64,000 bases of DNA from Squalus acanthias (taxonomy: Eukaryota): NCBI GenBank assembly GCA_030390025.1, contig CM059433.1, positions 10,170,001 to 10,234,000 of the forward strand. The letters run 5' to 3'. Below are positions 48,703-60,497 of the stretch, piece after piece. The translations under genes and the position numbers were made by a program. The notes below the pieces were generated by a model. The model was not told the origin of the DNA and ran no database searches. It saw only the letters and a program-made list of their open reading frames with translations. How positions within the stretch are numbered: the stretch's first letter is position 1; each line of letters starts with the position of its first letter.

Positions 48703-49160
48703 TTTTTTTTAAATTTGTTTATGGGATGTGGGCGTCGCTGGCAAGGCCAGCATTTATTGCCCATCCCTAGTTGCCCTTGAGAAGGTGGTGGTGAGCCACC
48801 TTCTTGAACCGCTGCAGTCCATGAGGTGAAGGTACTCCCACAGTGCTGTTAGGGAGGGAGTTCCAGGATTTTGACCCAGTGACGATGAAGGATCGGCGAT
48901 ATACTTCCAAGTCAGGATGGTGTGTGACTTGGAGGGGGAACTTGGAGGTGGTGGTGTTCCCATGCGCCTGCTGCCCTTGTCCTTCTGGGTGGAAGAGGTC
49001 GCGGGTTTGGGAGGTGCTGCCGAAGAAGCCTTGGCGAGTTGCTGCGGTGCATCTTGTAGATGGTACACACTGCAGCCATGGTGCGCTGGTGGTGGAGGGA
49101 GTGAATGTTTGAGGTGGTGGATGGGGGGCCAATCAAGCGGGCTGCTTTGTCCTGGATTGT
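48703..49160 (-). mobile_element. 3' fragment of the LINE family at 26480-28189
   Basis: KSWNSLPNSTVG...HHLLKGN and shared 3' UTR. Confidence 0.9.
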
Positions 49161-49632
49161 CCTAAATTCAACCAACAGCATTTGCTTCCAAATTGGCTGA
49201 CTGGGTAAATACATCCCTTGCTGAGGTTCTGGGACACCCGGAGCAGGAAGGTCCTCGGTTCGATCTCCGATTTGTGCTGAATTAGCTGATCTCACCCCGG
49301 GATGCCTGTGGGTCAGGCTATTCGGTCCTGGAAGGCATCACAATTGAGGCTGTTGCTGTCTCACCCGACATCCGCGCACATGTATATCCCAGTAGGAGCG
49401 ACTAGAATATCTGCTCCCCCCCCCCCACCTCCCTCCCATGGCCAACCCAAGGGCACTGAGACCAATTGTAGCACTCCAACCACTGCTCCAACTAAGATCA
49501 CACTCAGAACACTTCTGGTTGGTGGGGCTACGGTCAGCAGCACCTTTATTCATTGGTCATGATGCGGAGATGCCGGTGTTGGACTGGGGTGGACAAAAAT
49601 GAGAAGTCGCACAACACCAGGTTATAGTCCAA

Positions 49633-50405
49633 GGGGGAAAAATTCAGCTGCTTGCGCCTCCCGTTAGCGCCTTAAGAGGGCGCTAATGGGGCGTAAAGCA
49701 GCTAACGCCCGGGCGCAGCGCCGCCCACGCCTCCCGAAAAATTTAGTGGGAGGTTAGCGGCGGCGGCAGCCGGTAGCGCCCTGTGGCGCTGCGCCGCCGG
49801 CGATGACGTCATCGCCGTGCGCAGCACCCCGCTCGCGCCCCGGCCGTGATCTTCAGTCGCGCCCCCTGATTTACCGCCAGACGCTATGTCCGACGGGTTC
49901 AGGGAGGCGTACGTGCGGCCGGGGCGGCGATATTTAAAGGGGAGGTGGCAGGCGGCCATTTTTGTTGCTGGCCGCCTGCCAGCACCTGCCCCCGTTGCTG
50001 TCCCCGGCCCCCATGAAGCCCCCCCACCGTGAAGTGCCGGCTGCGCTCCAAGAGCCCGGCACTTCTCTTGAGTGCCGGGCTCTTTTGCCGGCACTCCCGA
50101 TCCCTGGGGGCCCAGCTGGGCCCCGGTTCGCGCTGCGCAGGGTCCCTCCCCTTTAAGAAGGGGAGGAAGGCCTGCAATACCGCGGCGCGACGTGCCGCAG
50201 CGCATGGCGCTGCGGCACGTAGCGCCAGGATATTCACTCGCAGCGCCCCAAGAGGGATGCGGGGTGCTTCCAGTGGCGCCCCGCTTCCCTCTTGGGGCGC
50301 AACCACTGAAGTTCCGGCGCGGGGCCGCTAATTTTTTCGGGGCGCTAAAAGTCGCGCCCCGGCGAGGTTAGCGCCCCAAATGGGGCGCGACTCAATTTTT
50401 ACCCC
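49633..50405. mobile_element. GC-rich Harbinger-type MITE (copy 2)
   Basis: GGGGGAAAAATT...AATTTTTACCCC termini; TSD CAA; homologous to 2125-2851. Confidence 0.85.
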
Positions 50406-50423
50406 CAACAGTTTTATTTAAAA

Positions 50424-50461
50424 TTACGAGCTTTCGGAGCGGCTGCTCCTTCGTCAGGTAA
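50424..50461 (-). ncRNA. Minimal hammerhead ribozyme motif
   Basis: UUAC-CUGACGA-A-GGAGC-agcc-GCUCC-GAAA-GC-UC-GUAA. Confidence 0.8.
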
Positions 50462-50713
50462 ATCTGGAATAAAAAGCTAGTATCAGTAATGGTGACCATG
50501 AAACTATCAGATTGTTGTAAACCCATCTGGTTCACTAATGCTCTTTAGGGAAGGAAATCTGCTGTCCTTACCTGGTCTGGCCTATATGTGACTCCAGACC
50601 CACAGCAATGTGGCTGAGTCTTAACTGCCCCGCTGAAATGGTGTAGCAAGCCACTCAGTTTGTAACAAACTGCTACGAAACACAATAATAAGACCTTCCC
50701 CTCACTGTACCTC

Positions 50714-50749
50714 TACCTGACGAAGGAGCAGCAGCTCCGAAAGCTCGTA
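50714..50749 (+). ncRNA. Minimal hammerhead ribozyme motif
   Basis: UAC-CUGACGA-A-GGAGC-agca-GCUCC-GAAA-GC-UC-GUA. Confidence 0.75.
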
Positions 50750-51269
50750 ATTTTAAATAAAACTGTTGGACTATAACCTGGTGTTGTGCGACTTCTCATT
50801 TTTATTCATTGGACCATCAGAGAGCCACTGGATCAGTTATTATACTACAGCTGATGTGAGTCCGGAATTGTGTGAGATTACCTCTTTGAGGCCATTTCAT
50901 TCTTTTTAAATCCGCAGCCTTCTCCAAAGAAAAGCTTTATGAAAACAACAACTGCTCTGTCAGCACCAGTCCAATCAGCAGCAAAGGAAACATTCACCTC
51001 AGATGGTTCTTTTTTTTTCCTTTTTACCTCAGATCTCTCACTTTGATGTATAGCCCCACCTCTCTGGTAGGAGAAGATTTTACCTCTGATGTTAAAACCT
51101 TTTAATATGAAATACATATTGCGTATCCTTCGTATTCTGAGCAGACAAAATTGCAACTTACTGTCTTGTCTATTCAACAGATGACATCTTATCAGAGTCT
51201 GGGCTCATTTTGAAAATGGTTGTGTAATAAAGTGCTTGTGTCCTTAGAGGTATCAATACACGTTGAATA

Positions 51270-51741
51270 CGGTAGTGTAGTGGTAATGTTACTGGGCTAG
51301 TAATTCCAGAGGCCTGGACTAATGAGACATGAGTTCAAATCCCACCATAGCAGCGCTGGTGAATTTAAAAATTCTGTTAATTAAATAAATCTGGAATAAA
51401 AAGCTAGTATCTAGTAATGGTGACCATGAAACTATCAGAATGTTGTATAACACCCATCTGGTTCACTAATGTCCTTTAGGGAAGAAAATCTGCCGTCCTG
51501 ACCTGGTCTGGCCTATATATGACTCCAGACCCACAGCAATGTGGTTGAGTCTTAACTGCCCTCTGAAATCGTGTAGCAAGCCACTCAGTTTGTAACAAAC
51601 TGCTATGAAACACAATAATAAGACCTTCACCACATGGACTGCAGCAGCTCACCACCACCTACTCAAGGGCAATTAGGGGTGGGCAATAAATGCTGGCCTT
51701 GCCAGTGATGCCCACATCCCATAAAAACAAAAACAAAAAAT
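51270..51741 (+). mobile_element. tRNA-derived SINE whose tail matches the LINE at 26480-28189
   Basis: A box TAGTGTAGTGG, B box AGTTCAAATCC; 3' CACCACCACCTACTCAAGGGCAATTAGGG..GGGCAATAAA...A-tail. Confidence 0.8.
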
Positions 51742-51879
51742 ACAAGGTGGTATCATTGTGCGGTTCAGGTGATGCCTCAAGTAAGGGAGCAAAGTTTAAA
51801 TATGTTATGTTTCATCAATGTCACATAAACCCCAAAACAAAGTTACATCCTTAAAACACATATGAGATTCTGTTTAAAG

Positions 51880-52863
51880 TCTCTGAATCTGAAGGTTGTG
51901 GTTTGAAGCCCCCACTGCAGAGACTTGAGCATGTAATCTAGGCTGACTGATTATAATCACTCAACCATGAGTGGCCATGCCTTCTGTTGCCTAGGCCCTA
52001 AGCTCTGGAATTCGCTACCTCTCTTTGCTCCTTAAAACCCACCGTCTTTCGGATGAGATGTTAAACCGAGGCCATGTCTGCTCTCTCAGGTGGACGTAAA
52101 AGATCCCATGGCCACTATTTTGAAGAAGAGCAGGGAGTTATCCCCAGTGTCCTGGGGCCAATATTTATCCCTCAACCAACATAACAAAAACAGATTATCT
52201 GGGTCATCATCACATTGCTGTTTGTGGGAGCTTGCTGTGCGCAAATTGGCTGCCGCGTTTCCCACATTACAACAGTGACTACACTCCAAAAGTACTTCAT
52301 TGGCTGTAAAGCGCTTTGAGACGTCCGGTGGTTGTGAAAGGCGCTATAGAAATGCAAGTCTTTCTTTTTTACCTCTTTGACCAAGCTTTTGGTCACCTGC
52401 CCTAATTGCTCCTTTATGTGGCTCGGTGTCAATTTTTTTTTGTCTTTTAATACTCCTGTGAAGCGTCTTGGGTTGTTTTACTGCATTAAAGGCGCTATAT
52501 AAATACAAGTTGTTGTTGACACTTCAGCGCAGTACTGAGGGGGTGGTGAAGAGATGTGAAATCAAGGCCCTGTCTGCTCTCGCAGATGGATGTAAATGAT
52601 CCCCCGGCATGATTCAAAGAAGAGCAGGGGTGTTGTCCCAGTGTCCTGGTCAACATTTATCCTTCAACTAACATCACTAAAACAGATTATCTAGCCATTT
52701 ACTTAAATTATTTTTGTGGGATCTTGCTGTGCGCAAATTGGCTGTGCTGTTTTCCTACATTACAACAGTGACTACACTTCCAGACTATTTCATCGTGTGT
52801 AAAAATGCTTTGGGGCATCCTGAGATTGTGAAAGGCGCTATATAAATGCAGGTTCTTTCTTTT
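51880..52863 (+). mobile_element. Nest: old SacSINE1-like > L2 3' fragment (51948-52518) > younger 5'-truncated SacSINE1-like (52043-52368)
   Basis: Each outer element rejoins collinearly when the inner one is removed. Confidence 0.75.
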
Positions 52864-53334
52864 CCCACTCCTGGAGGCGCTGAATCATGCTGGAGCAGGG
52901 TTCAACAGGTGACAGACTCTCTCCTGCACTTGAGCCAAGGCTGTTGTGCTTCATGTGTGAGCCTAGACAGTGAACATCGCCTAGCTATTCGACTGTGGAA
53001 GGCATCACACCCAAGGCCAATCCTGTCCTCAGCCAATGGGCGTTCATGTACAATTCCCAGCATCGGTCACTGGCTTCTGACTGAGAATAAAACCTTCTCT
53101 GATTTTTCCTCTCCCTGACGTGGGGACACCGAGACCGAGCTTAGTGCCTCTGACTCCTGGCTGAGAAAAGATAACGCAAACAGTTATTTAGAGCTCGGTC
53201 TTTCTTCGTCTGGATGGGGCATTTATCCCGTTAAAAGCCATCAGGCCAGCTGGTGTATCTATATTCCTGTACCCGGAATAAAATATCCTTGAACTGGAGT
53301 TCTTAGCACAAGTACAAGTTAAACAATTTTAAAC

Positions 53335-53706
53335 TTGATAGAGGTGTACAAGATTATGATGGGTTTGAATAGGCTAGACGGGGAAAGGCTGTTCCCACTA
53401 GGTGATGGTACAAGGACTAGGGGACACAGATTTAAGGTTTTGGGCAAGAGATACAGGAGGGATGCGAGGAAAAACTTTTTTACGCAGCGAGTGGTGAGGA
53501 CCTGGAACTCGCTGCCGACGGAAGCGGTGGAAGCGGAGACACTCAATGTTTTCAAGGGGAGACTGGATAGGCACTTGAGGGAAATAAACTTGCAGGGCTA
53601 CGGGGATAGAGCGGGGGAATGGGACTGACCGGATTGCTCTACAGAGAGCCGGCGCGGACTCGATGGGCCAAATGGCCTCCTTCTGTGCCGTTATGACTCT
53701 ATGACT
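53335..53706 (+). mobile_element. CR1 3' fragment
   Basis: IEVYKIM.GL.RLDGERLFP...FFTQRVVRTWNSLP. Confidence 0.9.
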
Positions 53707-54062
53707 AAATGCATTTTCTGTCTATTTGGATTCAGTTCTTTAAATAGAATGTTTACAGAAGGTGCTAATGGCATTATTGGGAGGACTGCGGGGAAGGAGA
53801 TAGCAGAGCACAGCAGTAAGAAGGATAGGAATTAATATCAGTCGATACAATGAACTCGGAGTTGCATCAGTAACCCTATCATACCAGTTATTAATTGAGT
53901 TCCCTTATTCTGTTGTGCTCAGTACCCTGGCAGCTCGCTCACCCGACGTCATCATCATTCACGATGGAAACAAAAATGTTCAAAAAGGTAAACAGTTTGG
54001 GAAAAAAAAATGTCAATTTGCTTTTAATTTTGTATCATTGATCATGAGATCCTCTCAATTAA

Positions 54063-54716
54063 TTGGCCTTTATTGCAAGGGGTATGGAGTATAAAAGTAG
54101 GGAAGCTTTGATGCAACTTTACAGGGCGCTGGTGACACCGCACCCAGAGTACTGCATACAGTTGTGGTCTCCATATTTAAGGAAGGATATACTTGCATTG
54201 GAGGCAGTGCAGAGAAGGTTCACTAGGTTGATTCCTGGGATGAAGGGGTTGACGTATGAGGAAAGGTTGAGCAGGTTGGGCCGATACTCATTGGAGTTTA
54301 GAAGAATGAGAGGTGATCTTATTGAAACATATAAGATTCTGAGGGGGCTCGACAGGGTGGATACAGAGAGGATGTTTCCCCTAGTGGGGGGAATCTAGAA
54401 CTAGGGGGCATAGTCTCAGAATAAGGGGTCGCCCATTTAAGACGGAGATGAGGAGGAATTTCTTCTCTCAGAGGGTCGTGAATCTTTGGAATTCTCTACC
54501 CCAGAGAGCTGTGGAGGCGGAGTCACTGAATATATTCAAGGTGGAGATTGACAGACATTTGAACTACAAGGGAGTCAAGGGTTATGGGGAGCGGGCAGGG
54601 AAGTGGAGTTGAGGCCAAGATTGGATCAGCCATGATCTCATTGAATGGCGGAGCAGGCTCGAGGGGCCGAATGGCCGACTCCTACTCCTGTTTCTTATGT
54701 TCTTTTCTTATGTTCT
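54063..54716 (+). mobile_element. CR1 (HER1-like) 3' fragment
   Basis: AFIARGMEYKS...RRMRGDLIETYK; tail. Confidence 0.9.
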
Positions 54717-55481
54717 TAAACCTCACCCAGGAGGCTCAAGAGGCCAGCTGGGAATTTGATTACATTGCAGCATAAAGACCACCAGGGGTGGATGGGGTAA
54801 TCTTCCAACTTTCCCTTATTTTGGCGGGGAGCCTCGCTCCTCGCCGGTTCGGGCGTGCACTAGAAGTTCGGCCGCGTGGTTTCCCGACCGTTAATTTAAA
54901 TGGTCAGTTCAACGTGCAGTGCGCCCTGGATTTGCGATACATCAGCAGGTCCTGTCGATCTGAACGGCAGGACCTCATTAACATTTCGTAGCGCTGCCTC
55001 CTGCCAAGCTGCTGGCCAAATGGAGAGTCTGGCAAGGGGCCGGGAGGGAACACCAGTGGCAGGAGGCCACAGCCCGGGACACTTGGGGATGGTCCCCAGC
55101 AATGGAGTAGGTCAGCAATTGGGGCTGGGGGGTGCGGGGGCTGGGAAGGTTGCCATAGGGAGGGGGTGGGGAAGCCTGCGATTGGGGCTGGGGGTGGGGG
55201 GGAGATCGGCAATCGGAAGTGGGGGTGGGGGGGGGGGGAGGCTGGAGATCGGGGCGGGTGGGGGGAGGAGGTCGCCGATTGGGTCAGGGGGAGGGGGGGA
55301 GCAGGGGGGAGGTCGCCGATTGTGCCAGGAATGCTGAAACAGCCACTCACCTACTGAAGCTGGAACTTTCACTGCCGGGTTTCCCGACCCTTGGGAAACC
55401 CCTGCGAAAGCAGTGAATTTTAAATCAGGCTCCCAATTACACTGTGGGAGCCTGATTTACATGTGTTAATAAGCCTCCCAC

Positions 55482-56311
55482 CTTTTTTTCAATATTCATT
55501 TATGGGATGTGGGCATCGCTGGCAAGGCCAGCATTTATTGCCCATCCCTAATTGCCCTTGAGAAGGTGGTGGTGAGCCACCTTCTTGAACCGCTGCAGTC
55601 CGTGTGGTGAAGGTGCTCCCACAGTGCTGTTAGGGAGGGAGTTCTAGGATTTTGACCCAGCGACGATGAAGGATCGGCGATATACTTCCAAGTCAGGATA
55701 GTGTGTGACTTTGAGGTGAACTTGGAGGTGGTGGTGTTCCCATGCGCCTGCTACCCTTGTCCTTCTAGGCGGTAGAGGTCGCGGGTTTGGGAGGTGCTGC
55801 CGAAGAGGCCTTGGCGAGTTGCTGTAGTGCATCTTGTAGATGGTACACACTGCAGCCACGGTGCGCCGGTGATGGAGGGAATGAATGTTTAAGGTGGTGG
55901 ATGCGGTGCCAATCAAGTGGGCTGCATTGTCCTGGATGGTGTCGAGCTTCTTGAGTGTTGTTGGAGCTGCACTCATCCAGGCAAGTGGAGAGTATTCCAT
56001 CACACTCCTTACTTGTGCCTTGTAGATGGTGGAAAGGCTTTGGGGAGTCAGGAGGTGAGACACTTGCCGCAGTATACCCAGCCTCTGACCTGCTCTTGTT
56101 GCCACAGTATTTATGTGGCTGGTCCAGTTAAGTTTCTGGTCAATGGTGACCCCCCAGGATGTTGATGGTGGGGGATTCGGCGATGGTAATGCCGTTGAAT
56201 GTCAAGGGGCGGTGGTTAGACTCTCGCTTGTTGGAGATAGTCATTGCCTGGCACTTGTGTGGTGTGAATATTACCTGCCACTTATCAGCCCAAGCCTGAA
56301 CGAGATCCAGG
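55482..56311 (-). mobile_element. 3' fragment of the LINE family at 26480-28189, within GC-rich MITE-like sequence
   Basis: IYKAQVRSVMEYSPLAW ORF and shared 3' UTR. Confidence 0.9.
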
Positions 56312-58883
56312 TCTCCACCTCTCCACGCCAGGACACTTGGACGCCCCGCCCGATATTCTCCGCTGTAAAAATGGTGGTGGGCGTGTGTGTGGCAGGTTGG
56401 GGTTCCCTTCCGCACATTTCACTTTTTAACCACCGCCTCCAACTCCCCAGGACCCTCTCCTACTCGTCATGGGGGCGGGGGTTGGGGGGGGGGGGGTGGC
56501 TGCGGGGGGGGGGCGGTGGTTAATATCGAGGCCAGTGCTTCTAAAGGGGCGACGCTCCCAATCCCTGCCGGAGAAGCAACGTCTGGGAAATGACCCGCCT
56601 TCCTTAGATCCCCGTTGGGAATAAAAAGCTGAGTGTTGCCAACCGCCTTAAAATGGCAAATAATCTTCAGGCTGGCCCCAAACCACAGGCAGCTCAGCAA
56701 TGACAGCTAGTGCAGAAAAGCTGAGAACAGGAATAATTGGTTTTGAGTTACTGCATGATCTGCACGCAGTTACTGTGGGGAAAAAAAGTGGAAGCAGTCC
56801 AGAGAAAAATGTCAACAAATCCAAAAAGGAAAAGCAGACACAAAGATAGTAAAAGTAAAATCAGCAGTGAAATGCAGATTTTGCATAAAATGAATTCTGG
56901 TCAGCTAAATTCGAAGCACTTTTAAGTTCTAATTTCTCCGCCCACCCACCCCCCCGACCGCCGTGAATTAACACTTATACAGTCTGAAAGGTCTGATCAG
57001 CGGAATTCCAGACAGCTCCAGCGGTATTCCTGCTGCATTATTTGAATTGTTTGGATCGGTGTCTGAAAATGTTCATTTCCGGGTGTCACCATCTGATCAC
57101 AGCACAGTCATTAACTTGCATAATAAACTTGCAGGGCTACGGGGACAGAGCAGGGGAATGTGACTGACTGGATTGCTCTACAGAGAGCCGGCACGGACTC
57201 GATGGGCCGAATGGCCTCCTTCTGTGCCTCTATGACTCATTATTAGCACCATTTCAGCCACAGTCCTACTGCGTCGCTAAACGTAGCTACCCGAAGCGCT
57301 CGGCCTCAGACTTGACGGCTTTTCCCACCCAAATGCATTAGCTCCCTTGAGCTGATTTTTGCGGATAAGCCCAGTAGCGCAGGCATCGGCTGCAAGGAAA
57401 GCCGGAGAAGGAGAGGCAATCAGGAATGAAATGTTGGGACTGGACACGTTCAGTCACTTACGCCACCCCCCCCCCCCCACCCCCTGCATTAACCCACTCT
57501 CTCAACTCCCTGCCAAGGAGGCCCTGCTTCACATCTGGTGTCTGTCGTAAGGCGCACAAGAAATCCCCTGTAGTCAGGATCAGAGAAAGGCGATTGTATA
57601 TTAGGCAGCAGAGATGTCCTCAGCACACGGTCAAATCCAAAGTGGAGGGAGGAAGAAACAGTTGAGGCTTTTTTTTTCTAAATGTCGATAAAAGAAGATC
57701 TAAAATTAGATACAGGAAAATGAAAAAGAAAATGCTTAAGAGGTGTGGTAAAGAATGGTGTGTGCAAACTAAAATTATTTATCAATTCAAAGTTGGGGTT
57801 AAAACTTTGTAGTTATCAGTAGCCTTAGGTTTAATACTTCTGAATTATAGTCACGAGCCATTTTGTCTTTCCTTTCATCAGTCCATTTACATCCTGGTGC
57901 CGTATTTGTAATTTACACTCGCTTAGCAAATACTAGAATATAATTTTTCTGCAGATCAGTATTCCAAGACTAAACAATCAAATCTTCCTTTAGCATTTAA
58001 TAGACATTTATTGATCTGGAAGGTGTGCTCACCTATCATTGCTGCATAAATGTTCTCTTAAATGGAAAAAGATTGAGGAGGAAAATATTTTAGAAAGAGG
58101 TTTAAAGAGAAGCAATAATCCAAAGTGATACGAACCTAGAAATGACCTTTGGTGATATGAGTAGTGTGTTCGTATGACATTTTTCTGTCTGCTATTTTAA
58201 TGCAGGCATAAATGACATTTTACGCTTATGGACTTTTACTTAGGCAATTCCCTGATCAGGCTCCCCCCCACCCGCACCCCAGTGCTGGCAAGGAGCATAG
58301 ATTGGCAATTCACAGGTCTGCACCCACTGATTTTTCTGTCAATTTTCTTCTGTTGCTATTTCTCCAGAACAGATTAGTAGCACTCGCAGGGTCTTACTGA
58401 TTTTTATCAATCCCATTGTTGAGTCATTACATATGAGTCATTATACCTGAGGCCCCTACAAAATAATTCGCTCACTCCGGTGTAATTAAAACTACTTTCA
58501 TATTCTTGGTGAGGTTTATTCCATCTGTTTGCAAAAGCAGGTTTTAAAAATAATAGAGAAGCCAGGAAAAGCACTGAATGCAAGATTCTCCAGGGAAACT
58601 ATCGATGTTGAGAAGTTGAAATTTGGGTCAAGGAAATTGCAGTGTTATTTAAAGATTAATTCACTTCTGCCTTTACTAAAGAAGAAGATGGAAAGTTGCC
58701 CACATTAGACATCAGACTTCCAGGAGAATCGAAAGAGGAGCAAGATAATAAGCAAATAATAATTGATATTCTATATATCGCCTCTTGATTGGGAGAACGA
58801 GAGGGCAGTGATCGGGAGAGGGAGGTGCTTAAGTGCTTGATTTGCTCCTGGAAAACATGCACGGCACCATCGAATTTACATAA

Positions 58884-59303
58884 GAAGATAAGAACATAAG
58901 AAATAGGAGCAGGAGTCGGCCATTCGGCCCCTCGAGCCTGCTCCGACATTCAATAAGATCATGGCTGATCTTCTACCTCATCTCCACTTTCCTGCACTAT
59001 CCCCAAAAACCCTTCATTCCCTTAATATTCAAAAATCTATCGATCTTTGTCTTCAATATACTCAACGGCTGAGCCACCACAGCCCTCTGGGGCAGAGAAT
59101 TCCAAAGATCCGCCACCCTCCGAGTGAAGAAATTCCTCCTCATCTCGGTCTTCAATGGCCGACCCCTTATCCTGGGACGATGCCCCCTAGTTCTAGACAC
59201 TCCAGCCAGGGGGAAACAACCTCTCAGCATCTACCCTGTCAATCCCACTCAGAAGAAATTTCTCCTCATCTCAGTCCTAAATGGCCGACCCCCTTATTCT
59301 GAG
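58884..59303 (-). mobile_element. CR1 3' fragment with an internal ~50-bp duplication
   Basis: SRTRGH...WNSLPQRAV; segment 59125-59175 recurs at 59250-59303. Confidence 0.8.
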
Positions 59304-59306
59304 TAC

Positions 59307-59490
59307 GGTAGATTTTAACTTTCACCGTCAGACGGTAAACCTGGAGTTGAGGATCGGCCGGCCATATTACAACGCTCCCGATTTTGCTTCCCGTTGAACT
59401 AAACAGAAAATAAAATCAGGCGGGTTATGTAACGGCCGGCCGATCTGTGACAATGAGCTTATCGCCCGACGGTGAAAGCTAAAATTCACC
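59307..59490. mobile_element. Short palindromic MITE-like element
   Basis: Arms GGTAGATTTTAACTTTCACCGTC / GACGGTGAAAGCTAAAATTCACC and inner GATCGGCCGGCC / GGCCGGCCGATC. Confidence 0.65.
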
Positions 59491-60251
59491 ACAATTTTTC
59501 CCCCAAAATGATAATGCATGAACAGACTTTTCAACATTCATTTATACTAACGAAATGGATAGCTAGCTGCCTGAGAAGAACGGAAGGATCATTACTGCAG
59601 GCGCATCATGGATGACTGCTGCTTTTCATTGCCACTAATGTCATGTCAGGAATCATGTGTTTTAAAGCCATGCGTTCCCATGATTTTTGTAAACGATATT
59701 TCTCCTGCTTGTCCATCAGATGCCTTCGCTTGTCTTCCTATTCCAGATGCTGCGTGACCTCCTGTGCATTACCAGCAGTTTCTGTTTTTATTTCAGATTT
59801 TCAGCACTTGCGGGTATTTTTTTTTCATCTCCGGTTGGGGAAAAAGTTTGCAGAATTCACAATATATATCAGTGATTTGGATGAGGGAATCAAATGTAAT
59901 ATTTCCAAGTTTGCTGACAACGCAAACTAGGTGGGATTGTGAGTTGTGAGGAGGATGCAAAGAGGCTTCAAGGCGATTTAGACAGGTTGAGTGAGTGGGC
60001 AAATACATGGCAGATGCAGTATAACGTGGATAAATGTGAAGTTATCCACTTCGGTAGGAAAAACAGAAAGGCTGAGTATTATTTAAATGGTGATAGATTG
60101 GGAAATGCTGATGTACAGAGGGACCTGGGTGTCCTTGTATACCAGTCACTGAAAGCAAACATGCAGGTGCAGCAGTTAGAAAGGCAAATGGTATGTTGGC
60201 CTTCATTGCAAGAGGATTTGAGTACAGGAGCAAGGATGTCTTACTACAGTT

Positions 60252-60497
60252 TAATTTAATTTAATTTAATTTAATTTAATTTAATTTAATTTATTGGTCT
60301 GCAATTGTAAAGTACACATGCTTTGTTTTCTATCTATATATGCTTTGGAGATTCTGTATCTAATTTACTTCACCTGAGGAAGGAGCAAATCGATAGCTCC
60401 GAAAGCTTGTGATTTCAAATAAAACTGTTGGACTATAACCTGGTGTTGTGCGACCTCTCAATTTTGTCCACCCCAGTCCAACACCGGCATCTCCGCA
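60252..60497 (+). mobile_element. Short PLE insertion with a 5' (TTTAA)n run
   Basis: 11-bp TSD TTACTACAGTT (60241-60251 / 60498-60508). Confidence 0.8.
60370..60412 (+). ncRNA. Minimal hammerhead ribozyme motif
   Basis: UCAC-CUGAGGA-A-GGAGC-aaaucgaua-GCUCC-GAAA-GC-UU-GUGA. Confidence 0.8.

Larger units (their letters stand above)
49557..50800. mobile_element. PLE insertion: two opposed hammerhead-bearing arms around a SINE-derived filler, with a nested MITE
   Basis: 12-bp TSD TTTATTCATTGG (49545-49556 / 50801-50812). Confidence 0.8.

Noticed and set aside
55100..55330. G-rich, G-quadruplex-prone tracts (also 9600-9700, 29600-29660, 34940-34980, 56470-56520)
   Set aside because: Low-complexity sequence, largely inside repeats, with no sign of specific function; their Gly/Pro-rich ORFs are artefacts.
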